A DNA stretch of 64,000 nucleotides. It comes from Trichinella spiralis (Eukaryota). Below the pieces are notes generated by a model. The model did no database searches and was not told the DNA's origin. It saw only the letters and a program-made list of their open reading frames with translations. The first letter of the stretch is position 1, and each line of letters begins with the position of its first letter. Shown piece by piece: positions 32,441-44,392 of this stretch. A program made the translations under genes and the position numbers. The DNA is taken from assembly GCF_000181795.1 (NCBI RefSeq), contig NW_003526944.1, positions 1,206,498 to 1,270,497 on the forward strand. Reading direction: 5' to 3'.

Positions 32441-35400
32441 ATGAACAATAAAGAAGCATCGTCAGGAAATGTGAAAGCAGAAATTGTCGATTCGTCCTCG
32501 TAAGATATATTCTTTCCATTTATTTTATAATATATTTAATTTTAATTTTGCAGAGCTGGACAACCACTTACTAATGATGACTTTCGAAAACTACTTATGA
32601 CACCTCGACCAGTGAGTCAGTCATCACTTCGTCAAACACAGCTTATGGGACGTGCCAAAGTTGCTTCTCGATCCCAGTATTTACTGGTCTTGTTTTTGTA
32701 TTTTGATTTGAAATATTTTTTATAATCATTTAGAAAAGATGAAAAGAAGAAAAAACTGATAAACATCATAAAAACTCAGGATGGTCCAATAAGAGGGAAT
32801 TCACATGAGAAGAATGAGTTGAATGAAATTTTGAAACACTATCGAGACAGAGTATGTTTTTTTTTAATTTTTATTTTTTTATTGTGAGAATTTATCTTTC
32901 ATTCGAGAATCTTTTCAGGCGAAGGAAAGGAGAGAATGCGAACTTAAGGAATATCAACAAGAAATTGATATGCTAGCCACCAGTGGATACAGAGCGGTTG
33001 CTCCTACTCTCAAAGCGTAACCGGTTAACGTTGAGTGGTTGAGCGATGTAGAGTTTGTTGAGTTGTTTTTCAGAGCTGTGGATATGACGGCTAGACGGAA
33101 GCAGATTATCGAAGAATCAAAATATCTTGGGGGCGACATGGAACACACTCATTTGGTTAAAGGTCTTGATTATGCTTTATTGCAAAAAGTTCGAAGTGAG
33201 ATAAGCACTCGAGAAAAACTTACTCCTTCTGTCGAAAAGACAACCACTGCATATACAGTAGAAGACAGTTTGACACCAGAAGTTGAATCATCCATAAAAT
33301 CTTCGACAGGTTTTATTTTTTTTCAGTATATTAATGGAAATTATTAAAATGTTTTTTTTATTATTTAGTTAAAAATATTTACCAGTTGTTATTTAAAAAA
33401 GAAGCAAAGAAAGTGAACGAAATGTTTATTCCATACAGAATGGCTTATATTGTGGAGTTGGACGAGGAAAACGCTGAATCTGACATTCCAACTACATTGA
33501 TTCGCTCGAAACATGAATGTGCTTCTCAAGAAGTAAGTTTGACAGTGTGTTATTATAAAAAGTGATCTATTGACATGTTATGTTGTTTTGACGTATAATC
33601 GTAAACGTTGGTTTTTAATCACGGGAAAGCGTTTGAATTTGCTTTATGTGTATAATCAAAACAGTCTGAACATATTCACATGTTCAGAAGCAGAATATCT
33701 GATCAAGATGAAAATGGAAATTTTAATTATTTGCGTGCAAGTTTTATATATTTGTTTATTTCAGGTAGTTTCAGCAGCCAGCATTGATGATATGATTATA
33801 CAAAAATTGGGCAAAGTTCTGTCTTATTTGCGTGCAGACAATAGGAAAAAGAAAAAAGAAAAAGGTTTGTTAAATTATGGTTAGAAATTGTTTTAGTATT
33901 GAAGGTTATTTGTTTAACTAAAATTTTAAAGTTGGTTTTTTCAAGTCACTTCTGAAACAACGCTATATTCAATATACTGTTGCATCAATTGTGCATAATT
34001 TTAGGAAAAGGCAAAGAGGATGAATCGGTTGCGAATCAAGAGTAAGTTCTGATGTTAATTTTTGTGAATGTCGTAATTTGAATTTGTAACTTATGCAGAT
34101 AGGTATATTTGCATTTTTAGAAGATGAGTAGATGTTGATTTTCAGTTAAATGGTATTTCATTCATTTATTAAATGTTTGACAATAGGTAATTTTCAGTGT
34201 ATTATTTTGCAGTTTGAAGAAGTTGCATTTTATTGTTTTTAATGTTGTAATATATTTCGACTTCGCGTTAGAAAAAACGTTCTTCGATTGTAGCATTGTC
34301 ATTTCTAGCATTTATGAAGATATCGGCGAATATGTACCAGCACTGTCTAGGCAACCAAAGGTGAAATCCGAAGCAGAGGAACAAGGGAAAAAGCTGCATG
34401 GAGATTATGATCGAGTAAATTAGAAATACAAGCATATTGTAATTTTTATTTACTATATTTGCTGTATATGATTTTTTTAGAATTCAAAATTGGAACACGA
34501 AGGAAGCCGACTAAAAGTGATACATAAGGTATTTGAAAATTGAAAATTGTTTGTTCTTTTTTGGATGTTAGGTTTATTTATTTGTTTAGGAAGAAAATAA
34601 CGACTCAACAAAGTTGTGGCATGTGTCCAATGATGAGCAGTTTCACAAGCATTCTTCTGGTCGCTATTTCTCAGATGTTTCAGATGCAAAGGATCAGGAG
34701 GTGAAAGCAATGAGCAGGTAATTTCGATTTCATTTTATTCAGTTAAATAAAATGAAATTAGATAATATACTCTTTATCAGTGTAATTGTGTTGTTGTTGA
34801 TTGTTAAGAAAATCTGACAGACGGAAGGGAACCGCTCAGACAACAGCAACAAATTTTGTTGAACCGAAATCCGTCAAGCCGGATGCACTTAAACTTGATA
34901 CTGGTTCATCAGTTGACAGTTATGCAGAATGTTATCCAAGGTATATTTATTGAAATAAAATTGATTCATTACTTGTCTCTTTTTTAATTATATTTTTATT
35001 ACAGCAGTATGGCGTTTTATGATGCAGCTGGCGATTCTGATGACGAAGCAGATTATTCAAAAATGGATTTGGTATGATTGTTGTGGAAATTGTAATGGTA
35101 GCACAATTATGATTGTTTGTTCAACATAGGGCAATAAAAAGGGTCTTGTCAGACGTTGGGATTTTGACACTGAACAAGAGTATGAAGAATACATGAGCAG
35201 AAGAGAAGCATTGCCTAGGCAAGTTGTCCAAAGAATGAATATCCGTTTTCGAGAAACAAAACGCAATGCTCTAACATCTTCTTCTGTTTCAGAGCTGCTT
35301 TTCAGTACGGCGTGAAAATGAACGATGGACGTCGGACAAGAAAGCTTCCCGGTACGAGGAGTGAAAAAGATGACAAAGCGAAAATAAACCGTCAATGGCA

Positions 35401-35545
35401 GCAAATTACCCAGATACTTTCCAAGAGAAAAGAATTTTCAGAGTATGTTGTTTTTTCTGTTGATAATTTATTATAGCACAGATACATTAATTTTTTGCTC
35501 ATATTTTTCAGAGGAGAAAATCGATCTAAAAGATTGAAATATTGA
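32441..35545 (+). CDS. smu-2: Protein Red / IK / SMU-2 spliceosomal B-complex factor, multi-exon
   Basis: LTNDDFRKLLMTPR, YRDRAKERR, IEESKYLGGDMEHTHLVKGLDYALLQKVRSEI, DSYAECYP, DSDDEADYSKMD, RWDFDTEQEYEEYMSRREALPRAAFQYGVKMNDGRRTR. TTTCAG lies just before the ATG. The stop is at 35543-35545. Confidence 0.93.
35219..35292 (+). other. GC-AG intron in smu-2
   Basis: CCT AG|GCAAGT..TTTCAG|A GCT GCT TTT gives ALPRAAFQYG. The nearby GT at 35223 does not keep the frame. Confidence 0.8.
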
Positions 35546-36576
35546 TTTTTTGTTCAGTGCAGCTACTTTGCAGCTTTGTTGAGAAATGCACTTTTTGTAG
35601 CTCATGTTACAGTTTTTTTGTATAAAGGTACAAATGTTTTCCTGTTTGAATGATGTTTGTCAACTCATCAGGACATATCTGCTGAAAGGCTTTGTGAAAT
35701 GGGAAAAGTATAACATTGCAACAGTAAATTTTGATCAGCTTTTTTTGACTGTTAAAAATTTGCTACTGAATTTGCACAGTTCATGAAAGTTGTCTTTCAT
35801 TTTTTGCTTTAAGGACGTCCTGTTATGAATTATATTAATGCAAATTTCATTTGCTTATTAGCCAAACTGAGCAAGTGAACAGGCATCGACTATTTAAGTG
35901 GCAGTTGCTTTGCAGTGTAAGGCAATGAAAATCCTTAAGCCAACATAAAATAAGCAATTTCTAGTTCTGTTTTTTGAAATTGCATAGATTTTCAAAAAAA
36001 GAAAATCCTTTTTTGAAGCAAAAAGGAGTGGATATTATGTTGATATTTCATTTGATTTGTATATAAGCATTGGTAGACAAAAATTTGTGTTTGCAAAGTG
36101 ATAAAATAGATATTTTTGAACGGTATTCCTAAAAGCTGAAAATCATTTAAAAATTGAAAGTTCCATGTTTTTTGGAAAATAAGAAATTAGATGTTACATA
36201 TAATTGAATTTCGTTTTGAAAATATATTTTGGCAACTTTTAATATACATTTTCACTATTAAATTCTTTTAGTATTGCATCCGGAGTAATGAATAAGCGTT
36301 AAACCTGCATGAGCACTTTTATTTGCTTTAAGTAATTCGATATATTTTTAAAATTGAAGAAAAGTTACATGGAATCTGTAATTTATGCTTTCTTTGGCTT
36401 CTTTTTAATATTATTGTTTCTCTATAAATCTTTACAGTAGGAATTGCACTTGCATGTCAATTACGATATAACATAATTTCGTTTTTTTATGGGTCTCGAT
36501 GTTTTAAGTGTTTTGTAAAAGACTGCGTCAACATTACTCAAGATAATTCAACGCTTCTGAAGTTTGTTGAAGTTAA

Positions 36577-38676
36577 ATGTCATCCAGTAACTCACCAGTT
36601 TTTCCGGTAATGTGCATTTTTAATTTTCACTTACAGATCTGCGAATTGCTTGTTGCTGTAATAGCTTGTAAAGTGCAATTGTACAATAAAATTGTTGAAA
36701 TGTAATTTCTCTATTCTTCATTTTGAAGAAATAAGTATGTGTATTTGTGCATTTCTTCTAATGGTTATTGGATTTCAAATGTCACATTCTTTCTTTTTAT
36801 CTGGTCATATTTTGTGTAGTCTGTCAAATCTGTAATTTTTTTTCCAGAAATCAGTTTTTAATAATTTTTATTTTAGATGAGGACTGCAAATGGGACAGTT
36901 GATCTTCAAAATATTGCTGATGTTGATGATCAAATGATAGTGAAATGTTTAAATTTTTTTCGCGTTGAAGGATTCTTTGATGCAGAACGTACATTTGTAC
37001 GAGAATTAAGAAATATTGGTCGTTCGGCTGCCGTAGATGCATATTTGCAACGTGTTGGGTGCACTGTAAATGATAATCAGCTTGCGACCGTGAAGTCATG
37101 GAATCATTGGATTGAAGAATATGATTATTTTTTTCAATACACGAAATCCAAAGTTGATGCACTGTGTGAATTGAGTCTGCTTAATTTTCCACTATTTACA
37201 CAACTGTACATTCAATTATTGAAAGCTGGGAAAATGAAATTGGCCAGCAGATTTTACGATGAGTTTCACAGTGTGCAGAAGGAGTCCATGCAAGAATACA
37301 CCAAGCAACTTGGCTGGATTCACTCGTCCGAACAGTTGGCTGACGACTGGTTGATACAGATTTTGGAAGAGCACAACTTTGTATTATGTTTGTGCTTGGC
37401 TTGTAAGTCGGCATTGAACGAGTTGATGGAGAAACTGCCAACAATTAAAGACATTATCGAGAGTAAGATTCAAATTGAATGCCATGGCGAGGTTTGTCGT
37501 AGTGAAGAACAAGTGGAGCAAATTAGCGGATATTTGCTTGGTGAAGCACCGAGACAGTTGAACCAGATTCCAATTCTAGCCAGTTGTTTTGATCATGGTG
37601 GTAATGATGTGCCATCTTGGGACAGAATTCCATTTCCAATTTCGCGTGACGAAGTGATACTCACAAATAGTGACGAAATCAAGAAGATCTGTTTGAATGA
37701 TGCAAGACCGTCAGTTTGCTTCTATACGGTACTGAATCCACGAGTTGCTGTTTCCTCGATGGTTGTCAGTTCGGATTCGACTTTACTGTGCGTTGGAAAT
37801 TTGGACTGCAGTGTAGAGGTGTTTTCATTGAGCAAAGATTTAATGGAAATGTTAAAACCTGCATCGCAGTTACCGCATACTGAAGACGATCTCGATCCAA
37901 GTTCAATATTTGATAGCAGTTCAGCTCAATCAAAATTCAGCTTGTTTGGTCATTCGAGTCCTGTTTACGGAGTTAGCTTCAATCGGAGCGGTGAATTTGT
38001 ATTGTCATGTTGTTTGAATGGAGAAATAATATTGTGGAATTTGTTAACAAGAACTCGAATTGCCGACTATCGTATGCAGATGTTGAAAGGATTGGACGTC
38101 AAGTTTGGTCCTTATGATGGCTATTTCGTGGTCTCTGATTATCACAGCGGTGGCGCGTTGATGTGGAGCATGGAATGCGAAACACCAGTTCGTGCATTTA
38201 TTGGTCACTTGTCCACCGTCAATTGCGTTGCTTTTCATCCAAATTCTAATTATATTGCCACTGGTTCAAACGACCGAACTGTTCGTCTGTGGGATTTGCT
38301 TGATGGCAAATGCGTCAGGCTGTTCACTGGTCACCAGGACGCAATACAGTCGTTGTATTTTTCCGACGATGGCCATGTTTTGGCATCCGGCGGTCTGAGT
38401 GGTCAAGTAATGTTGTGGGATGTGGCCATGGCAGCTCGATTGGAAGGTTTTAAGCATTCTGATCGCGGCGTCAGTGGATTAGCCATTTCCAGAGATGGGT
38501 CAACTGTCGCTTGGGGCGGAGCAGATCAAAAAGTGATGCTACGTTCGATCGGTGACAATCACAAATCTGAAATGCCATCTGTTCTCACATACCGAACCAA
38601 ATCTGCGCCGGTGCAGCATTTACATTTCACTCAGGAAAATGAATTGATCGGCTTTGGCGGATTTTGCCGTGACTAA
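36577..38676 (+). CDS. taf-5: TAF5-family protein (LisH + NTD2 + WD40 repeats), TFIID/SAGA scaffold
   Basis: The 599-aa exon 36877-38676 contains a LisH-like KCLNFFRVEGFFDAERTFVRE, NTD2 ELSLLNFPLFTQLYIQL, PSVCFYTVLN, and WD40s GHSSPVYGVSF and GHLSTVNCVAFHPNSNYIATGSNDRTVRLWD. A short first exon 36577-36606 (MSSSNSPVFP|gt) is plausible but unproven. Confidence 0.85.
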
Positions 38677-38726
38677 AATGCTCAGTTGACATTGTTATTG
38701 ATATTGCACTGTTGCTTTTATTTTTA

Positions 38727-38732
38727 AATAAA
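38727..38732 (+). promoter_or_regulatory. Candidate polyadenylation signal for taf-5
   Basis: AATAAA about 50 nt after the stop codon. The background frequency is high in AT-rich DNA. Confidence 0.45.
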
Positions 38733-39850
38733 ATGTTAATTTTTCAAATTGATTTCATACTGTAAACTGTTCAATAAATAAGTATAGTACAGCTGAAATT
38801 CAAATATTTACATAGCAGTAAATGTTGACAATAAATTCATTTTTTCAAAGTAACTGTACTGTATTGTCAAGACAATTTTTTGATTTAGAACATATCTGTT
38901 TAGTTTAGTTTAATTTTACTGGCAGTTGAAAAACATGCAGCTAAAGATAGTTTTAAATGTTTCAGTAAAATGAAATATTAATCTGAATGAAACGCAAGGA
39001 AATCCAAGAATGAAAACACGCCACTTTAAATGATTGTTGTTGCATTGATTGATGAGACAAACTCTTCAACTGTACCATAATTTGCAGTTTTATAAGCAAT
39101 GAAAATGCAATTGAAACTTCTTCAGATGAAAAAATGACTGCGACGTTGCTTTGTTGAATTTTAAGGTTTTTAACAAAAAAGTTTCTTTCACCTGAATGTC
39201 AAATATGTAAGAACAGATCAGTAATCCATAATTATCAAGGAAAATAAAACTGATACTTATTTCTAGACTTTTAATATTATAAATGAATTTGTATTGAACT
39301 TATTTGCTTGCATATTTATATAACTGTACAGTCAATTTTTAACCTAGCTTTATTTTCTTTATTGTACAGTAATGCAACGTTATATTGTTTAATTAAATGA
39401 CGTGTTCTTACATTTGAAAACTGTGCAGTATTTGCAGATTATCCTTTAGCATAAATGACATTTTATCATAATTTTACTTGATAAATTATACATATCTTAT
39501 ATTGTAAGTGCAATGACGAATAATATGGGTTTTTTTAATTTCAATGAGAATGTCGAGGCTAGTTAATGGTTTCGATGAATGTTAAGTGTCTCTGTAGTCA
39601 TTATGCTTTTCGAAATGTATCTCTAACCGAATCTTAAAATATCTTACGTTAAATGGTAATGTCTTGGACTGGTAAACCATTCCATTGTTCTATGATTTAA
39701 CGTTTTACCAGTTCTGACGAAGGAATTCAAATTCGACAGCTTACTATCCAATGCATTTCGTAGTTTATTAATAATAATATATAATAGGTGAAATAATTTG
39801 TTGAATTCTTCTAATTTATTATTTTTAGTTTTGAATTGTTGGCAGTAAGA

Positions 39851-41004
39851 ATGTCGAAAAACAAGAAGGTGATTTTTCTACGTCTCTATAATTTTTGTAA
39901 TATTTTGTTGTGGTTTTAGGATGATATACCGAAAACTGAGAAATGGGATGGAAATGCTACTCGATATGCAATTGATGATGCAATTCGGAAGGTAATGGAC
40001 ATTATTTACAATTGATTTTCTGCATTGTATGCATGATTTTCTAGAATTATTTTTTAAAGCTAATATTGTATGTCAGTAATTTGTTTTTGGAAATAATTTG
40101 TTACATGCAGGTCACTATGAAAATTTGAAGTTAGATGTAAAGAATTTTTAAAAAATGATTTATTTTATTAAATGAAATTTTAGTATTTACATGATATCTG
40201 GTATTAAAGAACATGTTTGATTTATTTTAAAGTGAAAGCTAATGCATTTGATAACCAAGCTGAAATCGAACTAAGGTGTTTTATTTAGATAGTAATAGAA
40301 AAGTTTGGTTATTCAGAAGACCATCGTGTAGTGGATTGTCGATTACTTCTTGCAACACTGGCTGTTGTTTTAGCATTATTTGCTTGTGTATGGGATTGGT
40401 TTTATCCATTTCCTCTCTCCAGAGACGTGCTCATATATTGCAGCGTATCATATCCTTTCAATATTTCTTAATTGGTTGTTTTATTTTTATTTAATTTGTA
40501 GAGTAATTGGTTGTACAATTTAAAATTAATTTTGTTAAGTTAATAATTTAATGCATTTTTAATATTTTAATTATATTGATATATTTAATGAACGTATTGT
40601 TTGTATTTTCCTTAACTTCATATGTTTTTACGTACTTCGTGGTTAACGGCCTGTTGCAGTTGTATACATGGTTCGTTGAACGTGGCATTTTTCTCGTAGC
40701 AGTGGATAAATCATCCGATAATCCGAAAAAGAAAGTCTTGTGGATATTTAGTTCATCTATGAAAAGGTAATTTTATATTTTAGAATATTTTAATTTGTGG
40801 ATATTGCTTATTCGTTTTTTAAGATTTGATCACAAATACACGTTAGAGATCAAGTGCAAATCTGCTGGAGTTAGTAACCATGGTAAGCTGACCAAATCTG
40901 TCGCTAGTTGGATTTACGAGGATGGTCAGATTTCGTTGCCGCATTTGCTTGATGACGTGCTGAAATTGCACAATTCTTTGTTAGATGAACGAAAAGTGAA
41001 ATAG
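39851..41004 (+). CDS. spcs-2: Signal peptidase complex subunit 2 (SPC25/SPCS2), 5 exons
   Basis: MSKNKK|DDIPKTEKWDGNATRYAIDDAIRK|IVIEKFGYSEDHRVVDCRLLLA..WDWFYPFPLSRDVLIYCSVS|YFVVNGLLQLYTWFVERGIFLVA..WIFSSSMKR|FDHKYTL..KSVASWIYEDG..DDVLKLHNSL. This is collinear with SPCS2 as recalled, with two TM segments. Confidence 0.92.
40450..40631 (+). other. U12-type (minor spliceosome) AT-AC intron in SPCS2
   Basis: 5' end ATATCCTTT (40450-40458), branch site TTTCCTTAAC (40607-40616), and 3' end ..TTTTTAC (AC at 40630-40631). Excision gives TC|G TAC TTC (Ser-Tyr-Phe) and restores the SPCS2 frame. Confidence 0.92.
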
Positions 41005-41196
41005 ATTATTATTCTATACGTGATAAGTTGAAATTGATTTGTCTGAAATCGTCGATATTTATGATTAAAGTACTTTGTCGGGCGTTTGTTGTATTTTTGT
41101 TGTTGCATTTCATCTGTTCTTGGTCAGATTTGTACATTTATGTTTTTCTTAAAATGAAAAATTAAGTTTTTAAATATTTTTTATCTAAGTAAAATT

Positions 41197-43535
41197 ATGC
41201 AAGAGGAGCAGGATGTGGTGGAAATTGATTGCTCTACAGGTGATGAAGATCTTCCAAAATATATAAGTTTATCGGAAGAAGGGAGCCGTTTTTTGGAAGA
41301 GCGTGCACGATGTGATTTTAAACGAATGATGTTGGTAAATAAGTTTTCTTATTCTTTACCATACTTATGTGCATGCTATCATTTTATTTAAAAATACTGG
41401 GATTTTAAATGTATTTTAATGAATATATCTTAGATTGCAAAGAAATTAAAACGGCTCTGCCGAAAAGAGAAAATTCAATGGAAAGATTGCAGTGTTGCTG
41501 TTGAAGTGAGACTTAATGAAAATTAACGTATGAAATATGCGAGAATTGTATATTTTATTTTTTAGAAAATATTCTTATTGAAAATTACGAGGAGCGCGTG
41601 TACCACACAACCTGGTGATCATCGGACAATGAAGAAGAAATATGTTTTGGAATCTATTTTAAATGAGTCCATTGATAGGAAGATCCAAGAAGGCACATGT
41701 TTGAATGGTAATTGTATATTTTGATGCATGTGAAATTAATTTTTCACCAAAATTAATATGTAATGATATTTCATAATGCAAATCTAGTGAGAGATATGCA
41801 TATGTAAGTGGAAGATTTTTTCTTTTAGCTCACTGGTTAGGAATTGAAGGAAAACAGCCATTACTTCCCGAGAATCGATCGCAAGGTATATAAAATGTAA
41901 ATGTTTGTAATAATTTTATTGAAACAATTTTTTTACAGGTAGGAGCTATGTGGTCGCAGAAGAGGGAATGTCGAATATTGAAACAGAAGAATTGTTACAT
42001 CAAGATATGAATTTTGATCAGTTAACAGAGGTATGTTATTAAAACATTTATCTAAAATTTGCACTACATATATTATAAATGTATTGAATATGAGATATTG
42101 TTCATTTATATATTGTACGTTGCCTAGTTTTTTGTCATCAATTGCAGTTAAGTTAATAATCTAAAAATTTGGAAAATTTCAGGAAACTAGGGAGTTGGTT
42201 TTAGAACTGTTAGATGGTTGCGTTAGTAAAGACGAAACAAAAAGATTTGTATATTTCTTTTCTTCATATTTTTATTTTAATAACTGCAATAATGAATTTT
42301 GTCCATTTCAGGAAGCATTGCGGATGATTCAAACGCATGTTGGTCTACAACCTGCGTTGTCATTTTTTGTCATCTTCTATTTGGAAGGGGTTTGCTTTTT
42401 GGTTTTTTTAGAAATTGCAGATTATTGTTGATTTACGTCGTTTTTTAAAGATAAATTGCAATCTTCTGTGCAAGGATTTAAGGCACATTACCTGCATGTT
42501 GCAAATGCTGAACGCATTGTTGTTAAACCCTGCAATTCGTCTGTGGAAATATGTAAGTATTGAAAAAAGAACTGGCAAAAATTTGTCTATCTTCTGTTTG
42601 ATCATTGCAAATAATTGTAATTTCATTTGAAACTTAATTAATTAAATGGAAAGTAGTTTTGTTATTATTTTTAAATAGTGAAAATTTGTTAATGCGAATT
42701 AATTTTAGTTTCAGAATTCTCGAAGCAAATTTCTGTAGGTGAATTTTTGGATTAGTGATTTCTAAAATACAGTTAGTTTATTAATTCGTATTCGTATATT
42801 TGGATTGTTCATTGTTTACTTTTAATTTATTGTTTTCAATAGACTCCAAAATTATTGCCAAGTTTGCTTTCTTGTGCAGTTAATATGATTTTCGATGTGA
42901 AATGTGGCGATGATCGAGCCTGGCTTGTCAGAGAGCGTGCTGCAGACATTCTTGGCGATTTATTAAAGTGAGTAGAGGATTCTACCGAATTTTTTTTTTG
43001 CAGTAGCAAAATTTATTTTTTATTTTAGCTACTTCGAAAGGATGGCAGTTGACGATGGTGAAGACGAATTGAAAATAAAATTTATTCGTCATTTGACAAC
43101 AATATGGAACGATGAACAGACAACAATACCATCTGCTTACGGTGTCTTGTGCATATTGAGAAAATTGGGAAATTTGGTTCTGCTATAAATTGAGTTGTTT
43201 GATTGTCTTTAGTTATCATTAATTATTGTTTTGTTTAAGGTTATTACAAGTACTGTTATTCCGAATTTAAGAAAATTTGATTTGAAATTGAGCCATCTGT
43301 TACAACATGGTAACGAAGATGAACAGTATCAAGTGAACTTTGTCCGCAAATTTATAAAGGTATGTTTTAATTTTTCCCATAATTATACGTAATTTAAAGT
43401 TTTGTATATTTTTTTCACCGTTTTTAGGATATGCTGAAAAATTATGTGCAATCGGCCCTGCTGACAGATGACGATAAACGAAACTTGGAAAAGCATTTTA
43501 AGCACTATTTGGACAGTGCACAGTTGAAAGTATAA
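41197..43535 (+). CDS. taf-6: TAF6-family protein (divergent histone fold + HEAT-like TAF6C domain), about 11 exons
   Basis: AHWLGIEGKQPLLPEN (cf. TAF6 HWLxIEGxQPxIPEN), EALRMIQTHVGLQPALSFF, LNALLLNPAIRLWKY, LLPSLLSC, DDRAWLVRERAADILGDL, TTIPSAYGVL. The stop is at 43533-43535. Confidence 0.82.
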
Positions 43536-44392
43536 TATCCATGAATTCAGTTAGTCACTTTTTCTTACTGATGATCTCTAAGACAATATTAATTTAACAG
43601 CGTAATGAACGAACCTTTTTTTTAAATTGATTTTGCTTGGTAGATTTTTATGCAATTTTTCATTGTCGCTGGGCTTTTTTTCTTATTTAGTAAAATAAAA
43701 ATTGTAGTATGTTTATATTTTTTGAGTTATTTTATTTTATTACAACTTTAAGCTGAATGAATAATTAATAATTTTACTTGTATAATTTACGATTTACAGT
43801 AAGTACGTTTGTTGAATAATTGTTGTGTATTGCTCATTTATAAGGAAAAACGTGAATAGTTGATGCAAATTTGCCGAGTTGAGTGGAAAGATAAAATAAA
43901 GTAACAAAATTAGAGCATCGACGGCTATTTAATTGCCTGAATGAAATTTGTCCAGCTACAGTACCGAATTTTCGTTATTATCAAAACGTTAAGCATTATT
44001 TTAATTGCATATAACTTAGAATAAATTTTTAATATGAATATAATGTTATTTTTTGGTTAATTATAATTTAATATTAATTTAATGCGACGTGAGTAATTGA
44101 AAATTATAATTTTATGCATACAAGAACTTGATTATCATTTACGTATATTACCGTAACTTGTGTTTTGTGAACTCGAAGCCTTGTTGAATCATATTGTAGT
44201 TCGGAATATTTCTGATCAGAAATGAAATATTACCGCAGTGTTAACTGAAACAGAACGAAATTCCCTGGCATCGCACACTTGTTTTCACTGCTTTTATCAT
44301 GCATAATATGCTTCATTTATAATTTACGGCCGTTCTAGTTAGAGGAAAGATACAACTGATGGAAATTTTTATTGTTAAATAATTCTACTTCA

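Noticed and set aside
39666..39714. Hairpin ACTGGTAAA..TTTACCAGT upstream of spcs-2
   Set aside because: The 9-11 bp stem with a large loop is too weak to call a miRNA or snoRNA without data.
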